A DNA stretch of 64,000 nt from an uncultured Rothia sp. (GTDB lineage Bacteria; Actinomycetota; Actinomycetes; Actinomycetales; Micrococcaceae). Location: NCBI GenBank assembly GCA_963521575.1, contig CAUQVM010000001.1, positions 285 through 64,284 on the forward strand, written 5' to 3'. How positions within the stretch are numbered: position 1 is the first letter of the stretch; each line of letters opens with the position of its first letter. The notes beneath the pieces are model-generated. The model saw only the letters and a program-made list of their open reading frames with translations. It had not been told where the DNA came from and did not search any database. Below are positions 19,492-29,852 of this stretch, one piece after another. Made by a program: the position numbers and the translations under genes.

Positions 19492-22400
19492 ATGAAAGCC
19501 CTCCCCTGCATAACGAGCTCCAGCTTTTCTCGTTCTGCTATTACTCGCTCAACCCTATGTTTGAGTCTTGCCACAGCTTTGGCACTTCCCGTCGCATTCC
19601 CCTCAATGGCGCCGACCACCACCATTGAGCAGACGGCAGAGCAAAAGGACTCTTCCTTCTACGACGGCACCACCTCCGAGCGCGCAGCGGCTAGTTGCTG
19701 GGACGCTAAGCAGATTAACCCTGGGGCAAAGAGTGGCACCTACTGGCTGTACACCCCCTCAATGAGCCAGCCCACCCAGTTCTACTGCGATCAGGAGACC
19801 GACGGCGGTGGCTGGGTCAAGATTGCAGAAGGCCGCGACGGCTGGACCGAGAACTACAACGGCCAGGGTGACGTATCTCAGCTCTACAGCAGTTCCGCCC
19901 CCGGGTCTTCCGGCCTGACTCTAAATAACGATCAGGCCCGCCCCTTCTCATCCCTGCCCGCAGCATCGGCACCCATCCAGCTTTCGGGTACCACCATTTC
20001 GCAACTGCTCAACGGTATTCGCCCAGACCAGTTGCCCGATGGTTACCGTTTCCGTCGTGCACTCAACACCTCGGGCACCAAGTGGCAGGAAGCCACCGTG
20101 GATCGCCGCCAGACCTCGGAATGGACCTGGGCCCTGCGCGCTAACGCCATCTGGTCGAACGCCATGGTCCAGAACCCTGAGGAATTCTCCAGGTACAACG
20201 AAGAGGGTCGTAAGCACTGGCACAACGGCACGTGGGAAGACCACATGCTGGGCGGCGGCAATAATGGCTTCAAGACCATGCGCTTTGAGGAGCTGTCTCA
20301 GCAGAACTACAGCATCGGCTTCCGCTACGGTGCGAACTCGCCCATCGCCCAGGGCGGCTCTAGCCCCTCGATGAACGACTCAAAGAACTCCTACATCTAC
20401 AGCACTGATGGAGCCGGCGAGAGGGCCTTCGGCTACACCCAGATGTTCCTGCGCCCCAAGCTGACCCAGGCCGATCTGGGCCTGAGCAAGATTGCGGACG
20501 GCGGCACCGCTGCAAGCGCACGCCGTGTACTTCCCAATAGCCGTTCTGCTACCTGGCGTTGGCGTACCAGCTCGAATACCTTCAGCGGTAAGACCAACGA
20601 GATGAATACCTACGTTGAGGCTATTACCGAGGTCAAGCACGACGATAACTCCTCCACGGTGTTCATCGGTGGTGACTTCGACCACCTTGAGTCCTCCTCC
20701 GGCGAAGTGGTGAAGCAGCACAATATTGCTGGCTTTGATCCGAAGACCGGCGAACTACGTCGTGACTTCCACCTCACCGTGGACGGCCAGGTGAAGACCG
20801 TCGAGGCCCTGCCGAATAACCGTCTGGCTGTTGGCGGCTACTTCGGTAAGGTCAACGGCCAGGAGTACCCCGGTTTTGTGGTGGTTGACGCCAGTACCGG
20901 CGAGGTGGCCCCCGAATGGCGGGATGTAAAGATTGAGGATCGCATCAACACCGAAGTTCTGGTTGTGAAGACCATTCACCGTCAGGGCAACTATGTCTAT
21001 ATTGGCGGTACCTTCACTCACGTGAAGGAAGGCTCTAAGTCCGGCGAGGCGTACTCGCGTAATATCGCCCGCTTCGATCTGGGCACCCCCGCTAACGGTG
21101 TACCGGGTACCGTGACCATTGACCGCAACTGGCGTCAGGTCTTCAACGGTACCGTGAACGGTATTAGCGCCTCGGCGGACAACTCGCACGTGTACGCTGT
21201 CGGCTACTTCACCTGGCTGAACAAAGCTCTGGCCTACCGCGTGGCCGATATTTCCCAGAACCTGCAGCAGGGTAGCCCCTGGTCCTACCAGTTCTCCGAG
21301 GTTCCTGGCGGCGCAAACATCTCCGACCTGATTAACGAGAATAAGATCTGGGGTTTCCAATTTGACGTTCAGGATGCCGGTTCCGGCGTCTGGGTGGGCG
21401 GCACCGAGCACCTGATCTCGCGCTACGACAAGAACACCCTGCAGCCGACCTACCGCGCAATTACCCGCGATGGCGGCGACTTCCAGGATCTGCACCTTGA
21501 CGCAAAGAATAAGAACCTCTACGGCGCATGCCACTGCGGTGACTTTGTCTACCAGGACTCGCGCTACAAGCCTTCGCCGCTGAGCCAGTCTTCGGTGATT
21601 CACTCGGTGAAGCTGGTGGCCGCCTTCGATCAGGATAGCGGCCGGATACTCCCCGAGTTCGCCCCCTCCGTTAAGGGTAACAACGGCTTCGGCATCTGGG
21701 AGTCCTTCGTGGATTCAACCGGTACTCTGTGGGTGGGTGGCGATATTCACCGTACCCTGGGCGCCAACGGCGTTCAGGAGACCGTCGGCTTTGCTCGCTT
21801 CGAGCAGCGCGATACGACTCCGCCGCCGACCCCGCAGAACCTGCGCGTTTCCGTCAAGGGAAACAAGGACTCCCTGACCTGGGATTCGGTCCGTGATGAG
21901 AGCTCCGTAAGCTACCAGATCCTGCGTAATGACCGTGTCATTGCCAACGCCACGGGTACCTCCTACGAGGTGGATCACAGCGATGGTGCACGCTACTTTG
22001 TGCGCGCGGTGGATGCTTCGGATAACTACTCAGCCTCGACCAGTGTTCAGGTAGCCTCGGAGACCCCGGTCCCGTCGCCGTCCAGCACCGCCCCCAGCGA
22101 GTCCCCCACCCCTGAATCTTCTAAGGATTCCAAGCAGGTTGTCCTGCCCTACGGTTCCCAGTGGAAGTACCTTGTCGCCGATAAGGCACCGAACCGCCCC
22201 AACGCGTGGAAGTACGACTTCCGTTTTACCCTGGAGAATATTACCCACGAAAACTGGCATGAGGGCCGTACTCCCATCGGTCTCGGATCCAGCACGTTCA
22301 ACACGGTAGTTGAGGTTCCCAGCCTGCGTGCACGCAATAATATTTACGCGTACACCACGGTTGATCTCACCTCCGAGCAGGCCGGTCGCGACCTGGTGCT

Positions 22401-22689
22401 GACAACCTACGCGGATGATGCCATTGCAGTGGGTGTCAACGGGAAGGAAGTTGGCCGCTCTAACTTCGATACTCGTGGCTCCATTTGGAATAGCACGAAT
22501 GCCTCGAGCGCTGTCTCCTTCGAGAAGGCGCAGCAGACTCCGGTGACCTTCACGGTTCCGGCTTCTCAGCTGAAGGCCGGCACGAACCTGATTGCCGTTG
22601 AGGTGCACAGTGCTAATCCTGCCCGCCGCGGCGTCAAGGTAGGAGTCAGCTTCGATCTGCAGGCCACGCTTAAGCCGGCAGGCGAGTAG
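19492..22689 (+). CDS. Secreted fibrinogen-like YCDxxxxGGGW-domain protein with propeller, FN3-like and C-terminal galactose-binding-like domains
   Basis: GGAG RBS; FYCDQETDGGGW; colinear with the 15693 paralog; extra Pro/Ser linker and domain with ADDAIAVGVNGKEV ... GTNLIAVEVH. Confidence 0.8.
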   Translation: MKALPCITSSSFSRSAITRSTLCLSLATALALPVAFPSMAPTTTIEQTAEQKDSSFYDGTTSERAAASCWDAKQINPGAKSGTYWLYTPSMSQPTQFYCDQETDGGGWVKIAEGRDGWTENYNGQGDVSQLYSSSAPGSSGLTLNNDQARPFSSLPAASAPIQLSGTTISQLLNGIRPDQLPDGYRFRRALNTSGTKWQEATVDRRQTSEWTWALRANAIWSNAMVQNPEEFSRYNEEGRKHWHNGTWEDHMLGGGNNGFKTMRFEELSQQNYSIGFRYGANSPIAQGGSSPSMNDSKNSYIYSTDGAGERAFGYTQMFLRPKLTQADLGLSKIADGGTAASARRVLPNSRSATWRWRTSSNTFSGKTNEMNTYVEAITEVKHDDNSSTVFIGGDFDHLESSSGEVVKQHNIAGFDPKTGELRRDFHLTVDGQVKTVEALPNNRLAVGGYFGKVNGQEYPGFVVVDASTGEVAPEWRDVKIEDRINTEVLVVKTIHRQGNYVYIGGTFTHVKEGSKSGEAYSRNIARFDLGTPANGVPGTVTIDRNWRQVFNGTVNGISASADNSHVYAVGYFTWLNKALAYRVADISQNLQQGSPWSYQFSEVPGGANISDLINENKIWGFQFDVQDAGSGVWVGGTEHLISRYDKNTLQPTYRAITRDGGDFQDLHLDAKNKNLYGACHCGDFVYQDSRYKPSPLSQSSVIHSVKLVAAFDQDSGRILPEFAPSVKGNNGFGIWESFVDSTGTLWVGGDIHRTLGANGVQETVGFARFEQRDTTPPPTPQNLRVSVKGNKDSLTWDSVRDESSVSYQILRNDRVIANATGTSYEVDHSDGARYFVRAVDASDNYSASTSVQVASETPVPSPSSTAPSESPTPESSKDSKQVVLPYGSQWKYLVADKAPNRPNAWKYDFRFTLENITHENWHEGRTPIGLGSSTFNTVVEVPSLRARNNIYAYTTVDLTSEQAGRDLVLTTYADDAIAVGVNGKEVGRSNFDTRGSIWNSTNASSAVSFEKAQQTPVTFTVPASQLKAGTNLIAVEVHSANPARRGVKVGVSFDLQATLKPAGE

Positions 22690-22807
22690 GCTAGTTGCCG
22701 CGCACTTGTAGGAACTTCTTCCGGCTGGCATCTGAGCCTCTGGGAGGCCTCATCCAGTCACAGAGCCGGTTACTTTCCTCACCGCGCTGATTCTTATACA
22801 CGGCTCT

Positions 22808-22857
22808 TGTACGGGGTTTGATTTTCTGAAAAGCATCAGAACATCAAACCCCGTACA
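22808..22857. terminator. Long hairpin downstream of the 1.07-kaa protein gene
   Basis: tgtacggggtttgat-ttctga ... tcagaa-atcaaaccccgtaca. Confidence 0.6.
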
Positions 22858-23320
22858 CCTGTTTAATCCACTTTTATATTTCCGCAATTGCTCCTCGTTT
22901 TCCTTATCTTTAGAGAACGAAAGAGTCATCAAAGCAAGGCTTTGCCCTGGTATTACACGGCGCATCGTATGATCAGTCCGGGTTCTTTTAACGGACTAAT
23001 ATCTATAATTCTCCGTGTCTCACATTTGCTCTAGAAGCAATCCAAACCCCCGGGTTGAGCAAACTTGAGCGACCGCAAAAATCCCTTCAGAGTCAAGAAA
23101 ATACATTAAAAAGCATAGTCAGAGGGGTATTACCGTTATAATTGACTCTGGACACATCCCCCCTGTCCCGCTTTATCTCCTCGTAAAATATCTATATAGT
23201 GGTGTAGGAGAAAGGAATTAACCACCTTTTCTCAGCGAGACTTCCGGACTATCTCGCCGCCATCCCGAAAGGGAGTATTACACTCTCCTTCACTCCTCTC
23301 ACCGACTCAAAGGAATGTGC

Positions 23321-24109
23321 ATGTCCACCCCTGAGGCACCTCACAACCCCACCTCTGCGCCCGCATCGGGATTCGCCGCTACCTTCTCTCAGACGCTACG
23401 CTCACTGGAAGCTGCGCAGAAGCCCGGCATTGGTGTACCAGCCTACACTCGCTGGGTTAACCGACGCGTCGCCCGATACTTCGCTGCGGTGGCCGTAGCC
23501 CTGGGTATCACCCCCAACGGTGTTACTGCAATCTCAGCAATGTGTTCGGCCGCAGGCTTGGTTGTTCTGATTACTTGCCCGCCCACCATTGGCGTGGGCA
23601 TCTGCGTGGCTCTCCTCTTCGCCCTCGGCTACGGTCTGGACTCGGCCGACGGCCAGGTAGCCCGCGTAACCGGTGCATCCTCCCCGGCCGGCGAATGGCT
23701 CGATCACGTGGTCGACTCCATTCGAGTACCCTCCGTACACATGGCGACCCTACTCTCCTTCCTCCTCTACCCGGCTCACTACTCCTTCGACGGTTCCAAC
23801 ACCTTCAATAGCTGGCTCATTGCCCTACCCATGATTTTCACCGCACTGACCGCAGGCCACTTCATGAGCCAGATTCTGGCCGAACAGCTACGCAATAACC
23901 GCAAGACTGCGGCACCCTCTACCGGCGGCCCCCTGCGCTCTTTCATTAACCTGCACATGGATGCCGGCACCCTCTGCTGGATTTACATCTTCGTGGGCTT
24001 TGGCCCGTTCTTTGTTATCGTGTACGCGCTATTGCTACTCGCTAACGCCGCTACGGTACTGCTATCCATGCGCCGCAAGTACGTCACCCTCGCAACCCCC
24101 GCCGAGTAA
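23321..24109 (+). CDS. CDP-alcohol phosphatidyltransferase-family protein
   Basis: ITPN and DSADGQVAR ... GEWLDHVVD signature. Confidence 0.9.
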   Translation: MSTPEAPHNPTSAPASGFAATFSQTLRSLEAAQKPGIGVPAYTRWVNRRVARYFAAVAVALGITPNGVTAISAMCSAAGLVVLITCPPTIGVGICVALLFALGYGLDSADGQVARVTGASSPAGEWLDHVVDSIRVPSVHMATLLSFLLYPAHYSFDGSNTFNSWLIALPMIFTALTAGHFMSQILAEQLRNNRKTAAPSTGGPLRSFINLHMDAGTLCWIYIFVGFGPFFVIVYALLLLANAATVLLSMRRKYVTLATPAE

Positions 24110-24121
24110 GGAGAAAGACCA

Positions 24122-25072
24122 ATGATGCACTTTACTTCTCGTACCCCCGCTGTCTCCGCCGTCATCGCAACCAACGGTAAGCGTCCCGAGCTACTACGCG
24201 TGGCCGTACGCTCCATTCTGGATCAGAGCTATCGCGGCTTCGTGGAGGTTGTTGTCGTCTTTGACCGCGTAGAACCCGACCCCCTCGAGGATATCGAAAT
24301 CGGTAAAAACCGCGCGCTGAAGATTATTTCTAATACCCGATCCGGTGGCCTGGCCGGCAGCCGTAATAGCGGTATCCTCGCCTCAACCGGTACCATGATT
24401 GGCTTCTGCGATGACGACGACTACTGGATGCCCTCCAAGCTCACCCAGCAGGTCGCACTCTGGCGCGAAAACCCCAAGGCTGCAGCCATCTCCTCGGGTA
24501 TTACCGTGCGCTCGGGCGGGCAAGACATTGTGCGCCTGGCCCCCGAACGTGCCACCTTCGCAGATTTCCTGCGTTCGCGCATTACCGAGATTCACCCCTC
24601 CGCAATGCTCTATTCCCGCGAAGACCTCATCGGTACCGACGGCGAGCCCGCCCGCATTGGCCTGGTAGATGAAGATCTACCCGCAGCCTATGGCGAGGAC
24701 TACGACCTACTCCTGCGTGCCACCCGCCACGGTGATGTGCTGAGCGTTCCCGAGCCGCTCGTTCTAGTACTCTGGGATCGTCCTTCCTTCTTCTCCGGCA
24801 AGTGGCAGTCCATGGTGGACGGTCTCACCTATATTCTGCGTAAGTTCCCCGAGTTTGAGCAGGATCCCAAGGGTCTGGCCCGCATTGCCGGCCAGGTGGC
24901 CTACGCCTACGCCTCCCTGGGCGAGGGCAAGCAGGCCCGCGCCTACGCGCGTTCCGCCCTGCGCCGCGACCCCAAACAGCTACGCGCCTGGGCCGCTTAC
25001 GTGGTCTCCACCGGCGTCATTAAGCCCTCTACCCTCCTTGACCTCGTTCAGAAAACCGGCCGAGGTCTCTAA
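24122..25072 (+). CDS. Glycosyltransferase family 2
   Basis: GLAGSRNSG, FCDDDD and GEDYDL motifs. Confidence 0.9.
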   Translation: MMHFTSRTPAVSAVIATNGKRPELLRVAVRSILDQSYRGFVEVVVVFDRVEPDPLEDIEIGKNRALKIISNTRSGGLAGSRNSGILASTGTMIGFCDDDDYWMPSKLTQQVALWRENPKAAAISSGITVRSGGQDIVRLAPERATFADFLRSRITEIHPSAMLYSREDLIGTDGEPARIGLVDEDLPAAYGEDYDLLLRATRHGDVLSVPEPLVLVLWDRPSFFSGKWQSMVDGLTYILRKFPEFEQDPKGLARIAGQVAYAYASLGEGKQARAYARSALRRDPKQLRAWAAYVVSTGVIKPSTLLDLVQKTGRGL

Positions 25073-25090
25073 ACCGGATAACACACAGAC

Positions 25091-26446
25091 ATGGTAACCT
25101 CATCTGTTCTTTCCCCCTCGGGCTCGCGAGCCCTCCCGCTGCGGGATTCCACCTCCACGGATTCCGAACCCCCCAGCGCTATTTTGCGTGCCCGCACCCG
25201 AATAGCGTCGTTACCCGTATCGCAGAAGAAGCTCCCGGCCTGGCCGTTGCTGGGTCTGCTCTACGGCTTTCCGGCGCTATGGGCGCTGGGTATCCTACAG
25301 ATTGCACCCGTCATGCTGGCCGCAATCATGCTTTTTTACCTCATCATCCGAGGTAATGTGCGCATGCCCAGCTCGCTGTGGGCCTGGTTCGCATTTACCG
25401 TATGGGTCATTGTTGCAGTCCTAGGACTGACCCGCTCCACCGATATTATTGGCTGGGGTCTGCGCTTTGTGAACATTCTCAGTGCTGGTATTTATGCGCT
25501 GTACTACTACAATGCGCGTTCCTCGATTAGCCTCAACCGGCTACTGGGCGGTCTGGCGACGCTGTGGGCCACTGTCATCCTGCTCGGTTATGGCGGTGTG
25601 TTCTTCCCCGATTTCCGTCTGCGCACCCCCATGAGCTTCATTATGCCCCCCGGGTTTATGCAGAACCCGCTTGTGCGTGACTACATGTTCCCGCCCCTAG
25701 CTGAGGTGCAGCATCCCTGGGGTGCTCCGGAGCCGTATATTCGTCCCTCCGCCCCTTTCCCCTACGCCAATAGTTGGGGTCTGGCATACACCCTACTCAC
25801 CCCGGTGATGCTCGCCTGCCTGCTACGCCTGCGTTCGTGGTGGGTACGTGGCCTCCTACTGATAGGTATGGCCCTTTCCGTGGTGCCTGCGGTTGCTACC
25901 AGTAACCGCGGTATGTTCATCGGCCTGGGTATTAGCGCCGCCTACGTGCTGCTACGTCAGTTCCTGGCCGCTAATTGGCGCGCCGTCGGTATCGGCATAG
26001 CCGCAATTACGGCCGTTGTTGTGGCTCTCTTTGCTTCCGGTACGGTAGATAATATTCTGGGTCGTCAGGATTACTCCGATTCGACCGGCGGCCGCGCGGC
26101 ACTGTACCAGGCCACCTGGAAGGCGACCCTGGAATCCCCGATTATTGGTTACGGCACCCCCCGTATGGAGCTGAGCGTTGGTGTGTCTATGGGTACCCAG
26201 GGTTACCTGTGGACCCTCATGTTCTGCTTCGGCCTAGTGGGCTTGGCCCTGTTCCTGATCTACATACTGTGTACGGTGTACACCGGAACTCGGGTTAAGA
26301 CCGCCGCCGGATACTGGTTGCACAGTGTGCCGGTAGCCTGCTGCGTTGTGTTTATCTTCTACAGTTTTGACATTGCGCAGCTGAGCATTCTCATGCTCTC
26401 ATCCATGGCTTGTATTCGGTCGATTCAAGATGGTGAGGGGTTATGA
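25091..26446 (+). CDS. Wzy polymerase / O-antigen-ligase-like membrane protein
   Basis: About 11 TM segments; RPSAPFPYAN, SNRG and SPIIGYG motifs; locus context. Confidence 0.75.
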   Translation: MVTSSVLSPSGSRALPLRDSTSTDSEPPSAILRARTRIASLPVSQKKLPAWPLLGLLYGFPALWALGILQIAPVMLAAIMLFYLIIRGNVRMPSSLWAWFAFTVWVIVAVLGLTRSTDIIGWGLRFVNILSAGIYALYYYNARSSISLNRLLGGLATLWATVILLGYGGVFFPDFRLRTPMSFIMPPGFMQNPLVRDYMFPPLAEVQHPWGAPEPYIRPSAPFPYANSWGLAYTLLTPVMLACLLRLRSWWVRGLLLIGMALSVVPAVATSNRGMFIGLGISAAYVLLRQFLAANWRAVGIGIAAITAVVVALFASGTVDNILGRQDYSDSTGGRAALYQATWKATLESPIIGYGTPRMELSVGVSMGTQGYLWTLMFCFGLVGLALFLIYILCTVYTGTRVKTAAGYWLHSVPVACCVVFIFYSFDIAQLSILMLSSMACIRSIQDGEGL

Positions 26447-28407
26447 GCCAAGATTCGCTGAATACCCCCGACCCAGCCGAGGGCGTGCGCCCCGGAGGCG
26501 GCCACCCCAGCCGCCGCGCACGCCTACGTGCTGAAGCTGAGGCCGCGGAAGCGGAGGCCGCGCGGACAACGCCCCCCGCCGAGTCTGTCGAGCTAATCGA
26601 TGAGATTGCGCCCACGGTCGACGATATCCGTTCGGGACGTTTTCCTGCGACCATGGCTCTATCGGTGGTCCCGCCCGCGGAAGGTTTCGCCGCTGCATTG
26701 CGACGGAAATCCTCCACCACGGCCACCAAGCCCTCTACCAGCACGACGAACACAAGTGTGGGCGCGCATCTAGACACTACCTCGGTGCCGAAGCTTACTG
26801 CCCAGCAGATTTCTGCGCACGCTCGATCTAAGAAATCCGCTACTTCCGCGAAATCTAGCGATAGCGGTACCGCCCAGGCTACCAATACGAGCTCTGCTAA
26901 GGATTCCAGCAAGGGCAAGCAACCCAGCTTGGCGAAGAGCGGTTCCCTGGCTTCCCTGTGCGTGATGTACGGTGCAGGTATCGCCTTTGTGACCACGATG
27001 GTGGTATCCAACGGTATCGGCGCGGAGGGCTCGGGTGAATTCTTCCGCCTCATGGCGCTCTTTGCTATTGCCGTTTCGCTGGTGACCTTCGGGGCGGATA
27101 CCGGCCTGGTGCGCACCATGTCCGCGCAACGGGCGTTGGGCCGCTATGGTTTGCTCCCCCAGCTGATTCGCTACGGCCTTGTGCCGTCGCTGGTGACTTC
27201 AGTCATTCTGGTGATTGCCGTGGATATCTACTCGGCTGCAGTGCCAATGGCTCCCGAGTATCAGTCAGCAATGCGCGTTAGCTCAGCGTTCGTGCTGGTT
27301 GCCGCGCTCATGACGGTATTTTTCGGCTCTCTGCGCGGCTTGCACCGCGTGGTGACGTTCACAGTCCTGCAGAACGTGCTACTGCCAACGTTGCGCTTTG
27401 CCGCGGTAGCACTGGTGGTGCTTTTTGCCGGGCAGCTCATGCAGCTGGTGTACGCGTGGACTGTGCCTGTGGCAGTGACCGCGATTGTGGCACTCTGGTT
27501 GTTGGAGCGAGCATTCCCCGCTGAAGAGCACGTGGAGGTTCTCCCCACCGAGGATTCTCCAGGAGAGACCTTCCGTTCCTTCTGGAGCTTCAGCTCGGCT
27601 CGTGGCGTGGCTACCGTGGTTGAGACCATTCTGGAATGGATCGATGTACTGGTGGTGACCTCATTCTTGGGTGCGGCTGCCGGCGGTGTTTACGGTGCGG
27701 TGAATCGTTGTGTCCGAGTGGGTACGATGATTGAGCACACCGGTCGTGTGGTGACCGGCCCGTCAATTAGTGCGGCGCTGGCAACCCGGCAACTGAATCG
27801 AGCGAGGGATATTTTCCTTTCGACGACCCGTGTCTTGACCGCGCTATCTTGGCCCTTCTACCTATCTTTGGCGTTCTTCGGTCCGGTACTCTTGGGATTC
27901 TTCGGCAAGGGTTTTGAATCTGGTGCCGGAATCCTTTGGGTTATTTGCCCCGCAGCGATGCTTTCAATGAGTGCCGGCGGTGTGCAGTCGGTCCTACTTA
28001 TGAGCGGTAAGAGCCGCTGGCAGCTGCTGAACAAGCTTTCTTCGCTGGTGGTTGCAGTCGTATTGAACTTCACTCTAGTTCCGCTATGGGGCCTGTACGG
28101 TGCCGTGACGGCTTGGGCTTCTTCTCTGCTCATTGACACGGCCTTGGCCAGCTACCAGGTACTCCGCTTGGTGGGTATTCGCGCTTCCTGGCGTGAAATG
28201 GCTCCTTCGCTGGCTCTGGGTACCGCAGTTCCGACGCTGTGCGCTCTGCTGTCTCTGGCTTTGTTGGGTCAGAGCGTGCTGGGTGTCATCGTGTACGTGC
28301 TGATTCTGGTACCCCTGTACGGAGTGGTGCTGTTCCGTTTCCGTAAGGCCTTGGGCATTGAGCGTTTCCTCTCCGCCCGTAAGGCGAAGGCTTCCGCCTC
28401 TTCTTAG
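26443..28407 (+). CDS. Wzx-type flippase with long low-complexity N-terminal extension
   Basis: FGADTGLVR, DVLVV ... GVYG and LNFTLVPLWGLYGAVTA motifs; 4-bp overlap with the upstream gene. Confidence 0.82.
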   Translation: MSQDSLNTPDPAEGVRPGGGHPSRRARLRAEAEAAEAEAARTTPPAESVELIDEIAPTVDDIRSGRFPATMALSVVPPAEGFAAALRRKSSTTATKPSTSTTNTSVGAHLDTTSVPKLTAQQISAHARSKKSATSAKSSDSGTAQATNTSSAKDSSKGKQPSLAKSGSLASLCVMYGAGIAFVTTMVVSNGIGAEGSGEFFRLMALFAIAVSLVTFGADTGLVRTMSAQRALGRYGLLPQLIRYGLVPSLVTSVILVIAVDIYSAAVPMAPEYQSAMRVSSAFVLVAALMTVFFGSLRGLHRVVTFTVLQNVLLPTLRFAAVALVVLFAGQLMQLVYAWTVPVAVTAIVALWLLERAFPAEEHVEVLPTEDSPGETFRSFWSFSSARGVATVVETILEWIDVLVVTSFLGAAAGGVYGAVNRCVRVGTMIEHTGRVVTGPSISAALATRQLNRARDIFLSTTRVLTALSWPFYLSLAFFGPVLLGFFGKGFESGAGILWVICPAAMLSMSAGGVQSVLLMSGKSRWQLLNKLSSLVVAVVLNFTLVPLWGLYGAVTAWASSLLIDTALASYQVLRLVGIRASWREMAPSLALGTAVPTLCALLSLALLGQSVLGVIVYVLILVPLYGVVLFRFRKALGIERFLSARKAKASASS

Positions 28408-28455
28408 TTTTTCTCCGATATTTAGTGTCCGTTTCTTTTCTTCTAGGATGTCCTC

Positions 28456-29688
28456 ATGGATAAAACCTCTCACAGTTCTTCGGTAACCCTGGGTAGCCAG
28501 GTACACCGCATTTTTCGACACCATCTACTGATTCTGGTGTCGGTGGCTATCTTCGCCCTGGTTGGTGCCGTGTACGGTTATATGACTATGGGTAACTACA
28601 GTGCGAAGGCCTCGGTAGTGGTCTACCCTATGATTGTTGATCCGGCCGGTACCGGTAGCGCGAACTCGACAAAGGTTGATATCGCGACCGAGTCGCGCGT
28701 TGCGTCCTCTCATGAGGTGGCGGAGACCGCCGCAAAGGCGCTCATCGCCAATGGTGACACCCTTTCCGAGGCTCAGCTGATTAGCCGCCTCACGGGTGCG
28801 GTAAAGGTGACCGGTACTTCCCAGACCTCGGTTCTGGACATTGAGGTAACCCGTCCCAACCCCGATGAAGCTGCCCGATACGCTAACGCAATAGCGAGCG
28901 CATACCTGCAGGCTCGCGCTAATGCGCTCAAGAGCAACGTGAATGCTGCAACCGAGAAGATTGACGAGCAGATTACCGCTGTTGAGGGTGACACGAACCG
29001 TGCGGCCTTCCTTGCCGGTCTGCATGATCGCCGTGCCCAGATTCAGCTGACCTCGCTCATCGGTGGTCGTGTTATTAGCCAGGCGCAGATTCCTTCCTCC
29101 CCGAAGTCTCTGGGTCCGATTAAGCTGGGTCTAGTGGGCGCTGTTGTTGGCCTGCTGGTTGGTGCTGTAGTGGCCTATGCTCGCGACCGTTTGATGGGCA
29201 ACGTCGGCTACGCTGACCGTCTGCAGGATGCTGGTATCCCGGTGCACGAACTGGGTTCCACTTCTGAGGCAAATGATGCCTTCATGCTGCTGCGCACCGT
29301 TGGTGCTCCCGATGGCGATCTGAAGAGCGCCGGCGCTTCGGGCGTGGTAGTTCTGCCGGGTACTGATGAGGGTGTGAAGCATCTGCACCAGATGCTGCAG
29401 CGTGTGCTGCCGAGTGAGTACGCTCAGTTTACCGACTACGCGTCGGTGCGTGATGAGCTGACCCGCCACACTCCTGAGTCGCTGGTGGCTAAGAGTGATG
29501 TTCCCCTGGTCATTAGCCTAAGTAGCTCCACTCCCCTGTCGACTCAGCTGCGCTTTGTTCAGGCTTCCGGCGTGGCACTGGTTCCGGTCAACGCAACGAC
29601 TTCGCTGTCTTCGGTTCGTGAACTCTTCGAACAGCTCCAGGAGCTGGACGGTGTCACTTCCCTGGCAGTCTTTATCGACCACGAGTAG
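28456..29688 (+). CDS. Wzz/CpsC-like polysaccharide co-polymerase with degenerate C-terminal domain
   Basis: Two TM helices; Y-x-A-x-A start of the extracellular loop; AARYANAIA; Pro motif PSSPK; G-rich TM2. Confidence 0.75.
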   Translation: MDKTSHSSSVTLGSQVHRIFRHHLLILVSVAIFALVGAVYGYMTMGNYSAKASVVVYPMIVDPAGTGSANSTKVDIATESRVASSHEVAETAAKALIANGDTLSEAQLISRLTGAVKVTGTSQTSVLDIEVTRPNPDEAARYANAIASAYLQARANALKSNVNAATEKIDEQITAVEGDTNRAAFLAGLHDRRAQIQLTSLIGGRVISQAQIPSSPKSLGPIKLGLVGAVVGLLVGAVVAYARDRLMGNVGYADRLQDAGIPVHELGSTSEANDAFMLLRTVGAPDGDLKSAGASGVVVLPGTDEGVKHLHQMLQRVLPSEYAQFTDYASVRDELTRHTPESLVAKSDVPLVISLSSSTPLSTQLRFVQASGVALVPVNATTSLSSVRELFEQLQELDGVTSLAVFIDHE

Positions 29689-29852
29689 AGGCTAATACGG
29701 TTCGGGTGTGGCCCTATCCGTTCCGGTATTTTCGTCTTTTGGTGTTCCCGGGGTTTGGGGATTGAGCCGCCGCGCGGTATGTCGCGCGGCGCCTCCCCGT
29801 CCTGTGGTACTAAGTTTTATATTTTCTTTGATTGGGGCTTTAGGAGATACCG

